DNA of 64,000 nucleotides, taken from Nymphaea colorata (taxonomy: Eukaryota). The stretch covers positions 12,090,001-12,154,000 of the forward strand of contig NC_045138.2 of the NCBI RefSeq assembly GCF_008831285.2, in the 5' to 3' direction. Below the pieces are notes generated by a model. It had not been told where the DNA came from. It saw nothing but the letters and a program-made list of their open reading frames with translations, and did not search any database. Positions within the stretch are counted from its first letter, which is position 1. Every line of letters starts with the position of its first letter. A program made the position numbers and the translations under genes. This document shows, piece after piece, positions 23,180 through 36,519 of the stretch.

Positions 23180-25827
23180 GCTGGTAACCCTTTATGGTGG
23201 ATTGTAGCCAGCCTTCCTCACTACCGACTGATTCATACCACCCTGTCGTGGATTCATAGAGCTCGTCCACTTGTAAATGTGTGGGATATACGCTGTCATA
23301 GGTTAGGATAAGGTACTGCAGGTGCACTTGGTCACTGGTGTCCTCCGTGTTCAAATCAAGAATCTCTCGTAGGTGAGTACCCAGCTCCTGCACACCTTCC
23401 TCCTTGTCATTAGCCATGGCTTGCCATTCTAGGCCCATATAAAACTATTTGTAAGTGGCCAGGCTCCCAACTCGTGCCTGTGGGTATGTTCCATGCAGGA
23501 GAGAATAGGCTTGGATAGTTCTTGACCACAGGTATGTTCCATGCAGGAGAGAATAGGCTTGGATAGTTCTTGACCAGGGTGGTTGGGTGAAAGCCATCAG
23601 TTCGTTATTTGGGGCATCTTCAAGCAGTCTCACTTGGAAATCAACCTTCACCTGGCTTGACACCCGATAAATCTTAGGCATCCCATGACGTCAATCCTAA
23701 AAGTTTGGGTGACTATGTAGGCATTGGAGCCAGACCGAAGCATGATCGAGAACTGTGGAAGCATTGATTCGAAATTTGGTTTCAGCATAACAAGCGAGTC
23801 CCCGTAGAGAGTTTCACCCTGGGCGGTGGTTGTGCACTGATCAAGTGCCAACAATGTCTGCTTTCTCAAGTCTCTGCCCGGCACTATCACAACTATGTCT
23901 TCCTCCTCAAGACAAGGAGACTACCCACACTTGTGTCCAACCTCCCACTTTCCTTTGCATATGTAAAACATCGGCCTATCGTGAAGCATTCTCGTCTCTG
24001 ATTTCGAGGGAGACACTGAGTTAAAGGCAGCGGTAGGGAGGTGTAGCTGTCCGATTGCATGCTGCCCTCCCAAGCCCATGGGGAGTTGTCACCTTTGTCA
24101 GGACTGCCCGATCCATGTAGCTGGGAATTGTCTTGGTTTGCAGCTTCTTTAATACACGACCCTAAACTAGTAGGAGTGACTTTAGGAGGTTCAATCCGCC
24201 CATTTGGAATGGGCTTGTCATCCTTCCTTAGGGGTACATCCGTGTTGTTCTCCTCCAGTTTGGCCTGCTCATCTTCAACATGATATCCTTCAAAATGCCT
24301 CATAACCCGTGGTCGCTCTTGTTGGGAAAATCAAGAGAAGATTGGGATGTAAGTGCTCCCTCTTGAAATCTGTCCAGCAAAAGACGAACCCTTTCGAACA
24401 GTGTGTCTGGGGCTGGCAGGGGGTCCTTCATGGCCTATGCTAATGACTATTTGCTTTGGTTATTGACCTCGGGTGAGTGGCCCCTTTCCTTGTTATCATG
24501 TGCTCGATAATCAGACCATGTTATGCAGTCTGATTTTTTTCTTAAACTTGAAGCCCTGGACTCCCATTTCGGTTGGTAGTTCCTCAAACGGTCAACACCT
24601 CTTTTGCCCTCATCATTCTCTCGCGAATAATGTTGGGTCTGATCATAGTCAGTTTGAAGCAAGCTGTAGCTACGTAATGACCTGGTTTCATCGCCCCTTG
24701 ACTCGGTTTTAACAGGTCAATCTAGTGAGGTTCTTGTTGGACGATGAGTTCCCTGGTAAAGGCTGCGTGATAACTCATTTCCTCGTCTTCCCTGATTTTG
24801 GGAAGTGGATGCTATGCTAACCGCGGAACCTCTCCTTTGGCAAGAATCCTCTAGTGCCCATTTCAGCTCGTAGCCTCTCTTTAGTCCCCCTATTTTTAGA
24901 ACGTCTCCTTCTGTAAATTGTAGGTACCGATCTGGTACCATTCTTTGGTCCGAGAGAATGGTGTTGTGGTCGGGAGATAGGTCCCTCACCCAAAACTTCT
25001 TGGCACCTTCGTTAATCCAAATCCAAAACTGCCTCAAACTGACGTGAGGGTGATCGATAATGACATCACAGTCTCGATGTCGCCCCACAAGTAATCTGAA
25101 TGGTTGGCTGCGATAAACGTGAGGCGCCGGGGGTCTTCTAAGGACAGGCTCTGATCGAAGAGCCCCATTCCAAGATCCAGTGAGAACAGGAACCATCCTG
25201 CCTTGTTGCCAGTTTTGGCCATACTCAAATCTTAGTGGGCCATAACTAAAAGATGCTCCTTTTCCCTGGTCTCTTCTCTCGTATCCACTCGCCACACCCA
25301 TCGATTCAACTGCTCGTAATCGGTCCACTGCTCATCATCGTCCTCTTGCCCACTATTGTTATCTTGCTCGACTTGGTAGGAGTCATATTTTCTAGCATAG
25401 TTTGCTCGGCTGTCCTCTCATGTATCGTAGAATCTGTCATCTAGTGCATCCTCTCGAGTAGGATAGCCTGTTGAGTATTGTGATTCCGCCTGCTTAGCCC
25501 ATCGCCTAGCTCGTCTTGACATTCATATTCATGATCAAAACTTTCATTGTCCCCTTCGGTATCATATACCCTATCATCCAACGCATGACCCTTCGAAGGA
25601 TAGCTATGTATGTCCGAGGTCTCAGTCGGGTAAGTCTAAGCATCTCCCTCATACAAATAGTTTGACCCGTTAGGCTACTCGTATAGGGGTTGATCTACAT
25701 AGCTGCTCTCCTGTTCCCCATAATAGTCTCCATAACAGCCTTCTTCCTCCTCATAATAGTCTTTCCCAATGAAGCTGTAGCCGTAAGATGACCTGCCACT
25801 GAAGTATCTGTCTTTCCATTCAGCCAT
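23180..25827 (-). pseudogene. Decayed long ORF of element B (starts MAEWKD; FHA domain 25196-24858)
   Basis: MAEWKDRY; ORF 24717-25328 with LVGRHRDCD...HPHVSL...VRDLSPDHNT...EGDVLKIGG..RGYELKW; QTFRIDVMGCLRF at ~23700. Confidence 0.78.
23483..23576. repeat. 48 bp-period tandem duplication in the element B ORF region
   Basis: GGTATGTTCC...TTCTTGACCA twice; gives WSRTIQAYSLLHGTY twice on the minus strand. Confidence 0.95.
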
Positions 25828-28800
25828 GCTTGGTGCTTCACACGCCAAACTCACAAATTCCACCGAGTTGCTTTTGCTAATAGCTGCTGAGATCCCACTG
25901 CTCCTAAGAACACCTTCAGCCTATCTCACAAGGGTGGCCAGTACAAATGTATCCGACCTGAACAAAGGCCCTAACTGTTCCCGCAAAGGAAGAATGGAGT
26001 CCGTCCCCAAATCCTCAACCTCACAACAACTCTCAAAGGGCTAAGTTCAAAGCTTTAATCGTTACAATGGCATGACGATACAATTTGCAAATCGCTCCAA
26101 GCTCACTCATCAAGCAAGCATACATAACTAGGAGACGAACAAACCATGCCCCAAGCATCCCACTGGTAGGTCTTCCCACTGCTGGGCTGCGTCCTATGCA
26201 ATGTGCACAAGAAGGAGCCCAAAACAGGGGTGTCGGTGGTGGGTTAGAACAGAAAATTACACCTTTTCCCTCGCAGCTATAGGGTGTTTCCAATTGGACT
26301 TGTGGACGGAGGATGAAACCGCGCAAGCTGCTCCTCTCTATTCAACAACCTCTTCACGCCAACAATCAGCTATAAGTTCGCAACTAACGCCTTACACCAC
26401 AGCTCCTTGCTAGAGGCAAACACAATAGTAAATGCCTTAAAATGATAGCAAGGTTCAGAACAGGAGAAGGGTAATTCGCATCACCCGATGGTAATTTGAC
26501 CCCAAATATGTGATGTGTTGGGGGAAGCTGTCACTAGAGTGGCGCTGGCAGTCGCCCTTCCTTCTCCCGGTAGCAACTCAACTCACGGTTGCTATAGCTA
26601 CCTCCTTCTCACCGACAGTAGCAGCTAACTCCAAGAACAATAGAAAATTACTGTTCGGAAAAACAATGGAAACAGAGTATTTCCATCGGAGTGTTAGAAT
26701 TCGTCACCGTGAATAAGTTTGATCCCTATTGTTAATATGCTAGGAGGAGGCAATCGCCGTTTCAGCGCAGCGAATGCTTAGAATTCTAACACGGTTCAGC
26801 AGGCTCCTACACGTGCTTTGCTTCAACTCAGCTCCCTGTCACAGCAAACTCGGAACAAAGAGTAGGGAGTTACTATGACGAAGAAATCGATTACAGTGAA
26901 CTCTCAAAGTTCTGGGATGTCACTAGATGCCAAGGATCACCCCAAGCTGTATGTGAATGGGGGAGGCAGACGCCGTTAAGCGCCGGTGTATGTGCTAGGG
27001 AATTCCCTGCTACGTTTCTGGTTCTTCCCGTTCCCAAGATGTCCGCAGTCACTCAGAGATGAACAGAAACAACAATAGCATAACCAGTCAAATTCTCAAT
27101 AGGAAAATGCACAACTAGAGCAGAGAATTAGAGGTGTGTCACTGAATAGTCAAGTAAACCCCATGAGATGTTGTAATGGGGTGTGGCAATCATCGGAAGC
27201 ACCGGCGAACGTGTATTCTCGTGTTGCAGATCCGGTGCAGTGAGGGTGATATTGAATCAACAGCAAGAGGGACCTTTGTCTCTTGAAAATTCTGTAACTC
27301 CTCACTGCTTTTCCAAAAATCTTGAAATTGGACCAAAAATAGAAGACTCCCAACCGAATCCAATGCCACCAAGCTCATTTTTAGATGCGACCCATAGTAA
27401 AATCTCGCCTAGGTTGAAGTCACACCTCAGCCTGGTCCTTCTATCGATTTTCTGCTTCAGCACAGTTGCAGGGAGCTCTTTAGACCAGCTTGTACTCAAA
27501 AATTCCTAGCACCCTGGTATCAACTCCAAAAACTCCGAAACTTGGTGGGAAGAAAGCCAAGAAGAAGACTATTCTAATGGATCTTTGCTCGACCAAAATG
27601 ATGGCCGGAGTTATTAGTGTCGGCAATCTGAAGTTGACGTAGAATCTGGTTTTTCGCCGATTGAGAAGGGGGAAATTGGGGAGAGTTAGGCCTGGACACA
27701 TGCTTCTCAAGTTGGGGACACACCGACACGTCCTCACAAGCATTGAGAGGAGGCCGACACGTGTGGAGTGGGACTCGTCAGTAGCCGTTGACTCGGTGAG
27801 ATGGGATTCGCTGCGGGATTCGACAAGCGTGGATGACATGGTTGCATTATGTGCGTCGGGACTTATGAATCCTGGTGACATGCTGATGCTTCAGACACTG
27901 TTACACAAGACTTGACTGCGACTGAAGAACACAATGCTGAGATTTTCGATTTCACCAAAATTTTTGCTTCCGCTGTCGAAAAATGCATAAAAGTGCTAGT
28001 GACCTTTGGAAGATGATCCCGACCTCGTTTCTAAGCCAAATCAAGCGTTCTACCCCTTGATTTACTTGGAATTTCGTCCTTTAGCTTCCAGGCTAGATTG
28101 CAACACGATTTGGCATTGATTCGACACTGATTTTGCACCAAAAATGCTCAGGTATCGCCAAAAAGAGGAAAAACAACACTTCTGATTAGCAATCGATCCA
28201 ATCCAGCACGAAAATCCCAAATATGAGGGGGCAGAAGCACTCACCGTCCGTGGATCAATCTTATGGGATTGATCAACCGATGAAAAACAGTGGAGGAGGC
28301 CCCAAATCAATCAGAGATCGTCTGGAAAAGAAGAGTCTGCACTGGCTTCTGCCTGAAAATAGCGACGCTTCTAAAATCGATTTTTCATCATCAGTGGCTC
28401 CAAAAATTCTCAAAATTTGTACAGACTACAGAGGATCCTAGGACACAGACGATTCTAACGGCCCACTGCTTGACAGATGAATCCACCCAAACAAATAGCA
28501 CCGGGGCTCTGAGTCACCGGTTCCGTCTATTCTGTTGTCTGCACTTGGTGAAACTATTCTAATATCGTTTGCAACTTGATGAATCACCACCAGTGAGCGC
28601 CTGCTCTGATACACAAGGATCATGCTCAGCAGGTGCGGATTGGACTCAGTTTTGTGGTCTACTGTTGGTTCTCCTTCTAGCATAGAAACAGGGGGAACAT
28701 ATGCGATGATCAGAGGCCAAAATGGGGATGGAATGCGCTTGTGAGCACGGAGAGATGATAGCAGAGATGATGGCGATGGCGGTGGAGTGGTTTATCGTCG

Positions 28801-30332
28801 GAATACGCTGGAGATGAAAACAGGAGGCAATGGAACAGTGATTGGATGGATGAACGCTTGAGTCTGCCACGACACAGGAACATGTGAGAATGTCGAGTCC
28901 AGGCGGGTGTATCACCACCGGTAAACTACCCGATCTACGGTAAGAGCTTACCTAAAGAGTCGTGTAGTGATCGGAGGACTAAGGTTGCCAGAAACGCACC
29001 ACGTCGCCGAAAAATGAAGCCCTATATGCCGTCAAAGAATCAGTTGTCGCACAACACGATGTATGCTCTTATCGTCGGATTTCAGAAATTTCTGCTAGGA
29101 AGAAAAGAGAATACCATTGTGGCAATTTTGATTAAACTTGTCGGCAAATTGGGTGTCGGAAACCCTTGTGGGAAACATCAGAATCGATTTGTACAAGCTA
29201 GATCAAAAGGCCAAGAGAGAGTCGAGTTCCCTACCTTTAACGCGCATGCAAGGAGAAGCACTAGAGACTTGGTTCGATACGATTGTCGAACTAGGTCGAT
29301 GCCCAAAAACCCGCCCGAGTACTTGAATGAGCTCGGTTCAGCGATTGACTCAACAAAACAATCCGCAACCCAATCCGAGTTCTTTTACCGTTCAGATCGA
29401 GGTTACAAACTAGTGGGTCCAACCCACCTGTACAATCCGGACACGTGTCCGGTACCCCAAAGCCACACCGTGTCCCACTATAGTGTCGCTGCTTGCTTGG
29501 TGTGTCCCGCTTTACTGAGGCGCGTGTCCCACCTCGGTTCTCCATCGCGTACCCCACGTGTCCTGTATTTCCTAACTCGCGTGCCCCGCCGCCCCTTGTA
29601 CTCATCTGTGGCCTCCCAACGAGTCCCGCTTCACCTGAAGCCGTGTCCTGCTCCTTGCCTTGCATCCAGCCCTTCACACGACACCTAGAACGTGTCTTTC
29701 TCTCTCTAGCGTGTCCCGTGCTGCATAGAGGTATCGCAACACACTCCAAAGCCTGTTTGGGTCTTCCTGTGGCTGCATGCAAATGCTGAACAGCCCTTAG
29801 CGTCCTCGACGGGGCTGGAGTTAGCCTCCCTAAGCGGAACATGGCACCCCTCAACAGATGCCCTAACTGTGGCCTCTCCCTATGGCTTCTCCCAAAACCC
29901 CTCGAGTAACCTCCCTTGCATGCGAGTGGCTCTCCCGAAATAGGAGGAAGACGCCCTCTACCTTGGCTTAGTGCTAGATAACCTCTCTTAACCGAGTTGA
30001 GGCTGATGTCGCCTATCGCCTGTCCTGCTACCGAGATGCCCTGGCTGTGTCTGCCCAAAACCGCTGCATGCCCTCGAAGGATCCAACGTGTTATCCTCAC
30101 TGGATGTCTGTCCTGGTTCATCGCATAGGCTGCTAGCCTCACTTGACTGTCGTGCTTATGGCTGGTGTATAACTCCTGCATGGATAGCCTCCCTTGCGTG
30201 GGAAGAGGCCTTCGAGAGTGAGCAGGTGGTGTTTTAGCCTCCCTAACACGCGGAAGGGCCTGGGAGATGTGGAGAAGGTGCCAACCATCTGGCCTCAAGC
30301 GGCATGGGCCGAGCGGAGGTAGGTCCATATCA

Positions 30333-33300
30333 GAGATCAGTCCATCTACATCCATAGCACTTGATGGGATTGTTCAACAGCTGCTCCCTATCTTCTTCAC
30401 TGATTCGTTTGTTTGGTGGGCCTACTTAATCAGATCTCATAATGTCACCTAAACTTGCGAAGGTGCTAGCAAACAATCAGTGGATTGTCCTTGCATGGAG
30501 AGTCCATCAGCTGCTAGGTTCTCCCACCCTTTTCTATTTGTCACAGAAAACGGGTCTTATTCGAAAAAGACGTGTATAATATGCCAAAACACAGTCAACC
30601 ATATAAAACGTGAAAAAAACATGTTTTTTTTAAAAAATGCCAAAAAACAAAAAAATGTGAAAAAAACACGTATTATGAGCATATTATATGCATTTTTTGT
30701 GTTTTTTCATATTTTTACGATTTTTATTTTTTATTTATTAAATGTTTTAAATTTTTAAAAAAATTGCAGATCACAAGATATTCTTGAGATATACAACTTT
30801 GTCTGTATTATACCAGAAAAATTTCTCACGCAAAATACCCGTACACGTATCACAAAATCAAAACTCATTAGCTTGCATATGCATCGCTGTAGTTGTAGGC
30901 TGTGATGATCAGTTATTACCATAAACTTACGCCCCATGAGATAATGCTTCCATTTCATAATTGCTAAGACTATTGCCATGAGTTTACGTTCACATGCAAA
31001 TTTGGTTTTAAAAGTAGGTCCCAATGCCCTACTAAAAAATACAATTGGGTGTTGGTTATGTTGTAGCCCAACACCTACTCCATGATCAGACGCATCAACC
31101 TCTACAATGAATGGAATATTGAAGTTAGGCAACTTCAACACTGGTGCTGAGGTTATTGCTTGTTTAAGCATATCAATGGCATGTTGTTCATCTGGTCCCC
31201 ATTTAAAGTTCTTATTCTTTGTGAGGGCTGTTAACAAGGCAGCAAATACGCCATGTCCCTGTACAATTTTTTTGTAGTAGCCTGCTAAACTGAGAAAAGA
31301 TCTTAGGTCATTAAGAGAACTAGGTGGCTTCCAATGCCTCACTGTTTCTATTTTCTCTTCTTCCATCTTCATTGTCCCCTTGCTGATGACATGCCCTAAG
31401 AATGCGACTTGAACTGTACTGAACACACACTCGGACAGTCGAGGCTTAAGATGATGTTGCTGCAAGACCAGAAACACTTGGCATAGGTGCTTAAAATGGT
31501 CTTTCTTTGCTGCACTAACCACTATTTTGACGTCAAAGAATACTAATACGAATTTGTGGAAGAAGGGCTTGAAGACATCATTGACTGGAATATGGCTGGA
31601 GCATTTGTTAACCCAGACGACATTACCTTAAATTTGTAATGCTTGTCATGGGTGTGAAACGCAGTCTTGGACATATCTTGAACCCCCACCTTGTTTTGAA
31701 TCTTTTGATGATATCCTGTGCATAGTTCAAGCTTGGAAACATACTCCGCCCCATGTAGTTGATAATTAAATCTTCAATGACAGGTATGGGATACGCCATC
31801 CTCCATCTTTCTTCTTGACAATCAATGATGGGGAAGCAAAGGGAGCTTCGTCTTGGCTACATTGTCCACTCTGGTGGCATTTCATGAACAAGATTCTCCA
31901 GTATTTCTCTTTGACGCTGACTGTATCAGTAGGGGCATCGATTGTCTGCCTCGCTTCTTGGTTGGAGTTCTATCCAGTGATCATAATCATGGGAAGGAGA
32001 AGCCCCTCGGGCGCTTCGAACACACGCTTAAATTCTGCCAATATACCTGTCAATTTTGGCTGGCATATCTCACTTAGTGGCACTGCTTCTGCCAGCAGCA
32101 GCATAAGAGGGGCTGATGTGCCCTTCAATATCTGAGTTGCTGATTGTTCTGCACTATCCATTGGAGTCGCTACCACTAAGGTCTGTCTCTCTTCACCCGT
32201 CTGCAGAAATGCATATTCATACCTATGAAATCCCAAATGACCTTCCCAAGGCCGTGCAGCCACTATATGACAAAGACTAGATCAGCTCCTGCCATGGCCA
32301 AAGTAAACAGCTCAATGGGAAATCGATGGCCTCGGATTTTCAACACTTCCTTGGCGCATCTTCCTCAACACTTCAAGGTGCTGCCATCTCCCACTGCAAC
32401 GTCAAATGCCTGCTGGTTTTTACGCGACAGCCTAAGGCTTTCGCTGGTTTCTCACAAATGAAATGAAATTATGGATGGAGCCCGTGTTCATCAGCACACT
32501 GAAAGGTCGTCCTCTCAGCTGCCCTTCAACTCTCATCAATTGCGGGACCTCATCCCCTACCAAGGTGTGTAAGGAGATTTCCACAGATCCATCTCCCATG
32601 GATTCCACCCCTGCCTCTTCTGCGTTTCCAGCTGTTCGTCTGGTGGCTCTTCCTCCTCATCCACGACATACATGTGAAGCCTTCTCCACGTATGCCATGG
32701 TGTCCACGGCTGGTTGCAGTGAAAACAAATGCCTTTCCTTCGCTTTTCTTTAATTTGCTCAGGTGTGAGACATTTGAAAACAAGTCTGTTTGTCGAATTC
32801 CCATGCAGAGCTGCTACCACGCGCACTGGTGCCGCAAAGGCCTCAAGGCGCGTCGACTGTCCACGGATATTTCTTTCAAAGCTCCCCTGCTTTCTAGCCA
32901 GATGGAGCCGGTGATGCTTTTCCTCTGCCATTCTAGCAAGCTTGAAGCAATTAGAGAGATTGCGAGGCTTTGCCGCCTGGACTTCTATGCGAAGATCATC
33001 CTTAAGTCCTCCTAAGAAGGCTCCAACTGGGACCTCCACTGGCCACCCACTCACCATGTTGTTAACCTCTTCAAAATTTTCCTGATACTCCACCACCAAG
33101 CCCTTCTGTGTGATTTTAGACAGCTCGATGTTATAGTCGACATATGTTAAAAGGACGAAATCTCGCTTTCATGGCCTCCAGCAGCTCTGTCCAGTTGGGT
33201 TTTCGCTGCTGAGCTAACAACATACCAGCGGATAGCTGGTTCCTCCATATGCATCGCTGCTTGACTCACTCTGTGATCGTCGGCTATACCCTGGCACTCA

Positions 33301-33470
33301 AAGAATTGCTTGGCTTTAAATATCCAATTCAGCAAGTCATCCCCGCAGAATTGAGGAAACTCCATTTTGGCTGGCTTCCAGCCTGACATGCCTCCATCGC
33401 TTCCTCTCGACGATGGAATGACGCCCCTCCTGGTGGAAAAACTTCTTTTGTCCACTAATATCTGATTTAT
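30333..33470 (-). mobile_element. 5' part of the same chromovirus: gag, protease, RT, RNase H (degraded, 5' LTR missing)
   Basis: Gag KMEFPQFCGDD...WIFKAKQFF and FLGGLKDDLR; CFHCNQPWTPWH; protease INTGSIHNFI; RT FLGHVIS; RNase H VEVDASDHGVG and TDHHSL; RKGWENLAADGLS at ~30530-30495. Confidence 0.92.
30546..30848. mobile_element. AT-rich MITE-like insertion in the gypsy RNase H/connection region
   Basis: Interrupts FDFVI|RKGWENLAADGLS; short inverted ACGGG/CCCGT near the ends. Confidence 0.6.
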
Positions 33471-35516
33471 CCAAGGCTCTTAATCATCAGTTTATTTTCC
33501 AAATTCATGTCTAGTCTTAAAATTATTCTCAAACGTTTGATTATTCATTAAAATTTTAACTGGACGAGGACAAACCACTCATTTTTATATTAACGTGTAA
33601 AATATCTTGGCAAGTCGGAGGGCTTGTGGACCTATATGTGGCGCTACTGCTCGTGCGTTGATATATATTCCATTTGAATATATATACCACTAAGCAAATA
33701 TATATTTATATCAGAAAAAAAAAAGAACTAGGTATATTCCTGCCAGATTGACGACAAAAGCATTGTTTATATCAATATACAAGCCACAACCATTTTGCTG
33801 ATTGATACGCCGATCGTGCCATATAGGTCAATATAATCAGCCTTAATTGGTATTTCTAAAAGTCTTTTACTTGGAAACTAAAAATAGTTCAGCAGCATAT
33901 CAACCGACCCCTGTATGGCTAAACGGGCCACTGCATGGTTTGGTGAGAGGTTGATCGAGGGATGGCATATATATATATATATATATACACACACCCGATA
34001 TGATTACAAGCTCACATTGATAACATTAGAAACAATAACCAAAGAAAAATGTTGCACATTACTCTTGCCGTGGGTGTCGCCACTTTTTACAAAACCCCCT
34101 TCTTTTCCCTTCCAATCAGCCGTGAAGTTAGGATTTTTTTTTTTTTATTCAGAGAACCGAACTGTAGTTTTAAAATTTTTAACAGCATCGAAATACAATT
34201 TTCAAATTTTTATGTGCTAAAAAAAAACTTTTTAAATTACGTGAAGTTTTTTCTTTTTTGAAAATTTAAGGGGTGGACATACCCCCTTCCTCCGACCCTG
34301 CTCCAAAACTTCCAAATTTTGCAGCGTTTGAAATATACTATCATGTCTTTTCCATTCCTTCCCTCCTCCATTCCCTCCTCTTCAAACAGAAGTTGTCTGA
34401 TCCATTCATTTTCTTCCATTACAATTAGACAACCAAACACACAAAATTTCTCAATCCTTTTCATTCATTTCCCTCCGTTTCTCTCCATCTAAACAAGCTG
34501 CATTGCAACCAAGCTCGACGGGAAGCCCAAGTGTGCTACTTGGAATAGTCAAAGACCCTGCTAATACTTCTTGACCTTAAATTGTGCGCGTAAACTTAGG
34601 ACCATCGGAGTCGAATGGTGAATGGCGCCACATAGACACGTGCTACCAACATTATGATGTACTTATCCTGGGCCCCTAAGCTCAGTTGATTGCAAGTTAA
34701 CACATCCGGTTTCATCCTCATCTGTTCGTATAAAATTTCTCTGCGTATGTGTGTGTGCAAATTAAGGGGTCAAAGTTGAGGTAAGGATATTGCAATTCTA
34801 TGGCTTCTGATTCTGACCTTCCATGCATGCAGCTAGTTTTTTTTCTCATGACAAGATTGAGCTTAGACAATAGAAAGACGAAGTGAAATTTTTGATTTAG
34901 TGTCTTCAACTCAACGGACTTCACATTCTCCTCTTATCATCAAATTACAAAGTTCAGTTATATGTTTAAGTTGCTTGACACGCACACACACAGATTCTCT
35001 CTCCCTCTCTCTCTCACACATACACCGTCATCTCATGTTACAAGTATCAACATGGTGCAGGTAAGCAAGAAAAAAGTGGACTTTTTCTTCTTAAATTAGA
35101 GACGAGGTCAGGTTTAGAGCCATTTTCATGTCAGCTGCATAATCTGCCTTGAAGGAACGCACTCTAGCGTGCTATAAATAATATTTGGGAATGGGAATGG
35201 CTACGTAATGGGTCGTAAATGAATGAGCAAATTTTAGATCCCTGATAGAATTGTGTATGCCTTTAAAAAAATATATAATTTTTTCAGTTTGGGCAGATGT
35301 GAAAATGCTTTGTGTAGCGAAAGTTTCAAGCTTTTTATTAACCCATGGATGAGAGGTAAGTGGCAAATCCAATCCATGCTTAATATTGGTTGATACAAAC
35401 GATCAATTAGACAGAAAGACGATAATTTTAACGCTTTTTTATCTTTCTGCCAATGGAAGATGACCATTTAAAAGCACTTTTTATCTTTTTGGAACTTTCC
35501 AGCAGTCCACTATTCG

Positions 35517-35727
35517 GGCCAGGTGTTTGATATACCTAAGATCATGGAATTTTAGAATCAAAATGCTTTTTTAAAATAAATTAGAATTATTAAACAAACA
35601 TGGTATTTTGTTTTTAGAATTAGGAAACTAAAGCCTCTAATTTTGATTGCATTCCAGTTTGAGGAGGAATTATGATTCTGGAATTTTCATTTTTGAATCA
35701 AAATTTCAAACCATCCAACGCCCCCTA
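35517..35727. mobile_element. Degenerate Tourist/Harbinger-like MITE
   Basis: GGTGTTTGAT ... TCCAACGCCCCC termini; interior resembles 48278-48591. Confidence 0.45.
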
Positions 35728-36519
35728 AATGTTTTCTAAATGACCAAAACATCCCTGCAAGCGGGGCTATATGGAAGCCCAGTCAAGGTCGAGTTGGTTA
35801 AGTTTGAACTCAGTTCGATTTATATGTTACTCAGCTTGAACTTGTTTGGAGTTAGAGTAGAGATTTGTAAGCTTCAGCTCATCATTTTTTTGGGGCATTT
35901 TCATTTTCTAACTTAACCAAGGACGAGCTACAGAGGAAATTATGTGTTTTCAAGGTTAAATTCATTATTCAATTCAACAAAGTAATTTTGGATCCATTTG
36001 CGATAAAACTTTAGAGATGCACAACAAAATTAGGGTTTTTCCAATAGTGGTTACCCTGCTTTGGCCCCATAGGTTGCTTTATGCATGTGCCCCACCAAAG
36101 CCCCCTTTGAGTAATAAGTTTGGTACATTTCTTTGGTCTTCATGTAACTTACTCAGTCATCTATTAACCATATTTTATCTTATTGCATTTGCATCTACAT
36201 TGTGATTATCATATGCAATAAGATTTCTGGAATATATCTTTGATACTCATAATTGATGGGCTTAGTGGGCCCCATTAGGGGGGAGAACTTCATGATAAAC
36301 CTATGAGGATGCCATTCAGAATTGTTCTAGAGTATAATTAGGTCAATCCTCCACTAGGACACTCGATTAGTTAGGATTTGTTAACCATTGTTAAGCGAAA
36401 GAAATCGGAACCTCATCGAACTTCATCAACCTTGAGGTAGTCTCTCTCCTCACTTATTCTTCCTATCCATTATCTAGAACCCTTTCCTAAATTCATCTTC
36501 CATTTGTGATCGATCCATG

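Larger units (their letters stand above)
23176..30332 (-). mobile_element. Non-autonomous LTR element B carrying an FHA-domain ORF (3' truncated)
   Basis: 5' LTR 30332 (TGATAT...) to ~28615, PBS remnant 28612->28603. The internal region is collinear with that of element A. Confidence 0.8.

Noticed and set aside
29291..30355. 354 aa ORF (also the 235 aa ORF at 14403-15110)
   Set aside because: Both lie in GC-rich LTR sequence and cross or abut element boundaries. Their similarity reflects LTR homology and no domain was recognised.
30376..30400. Apparent PPT plus TGTTGAAC LTR start on the minus strand
   Set aside because: It reads as part of the gypsy pol connection region (EQLLNNP). The real LTR edge is 30332 by homology with 15179.
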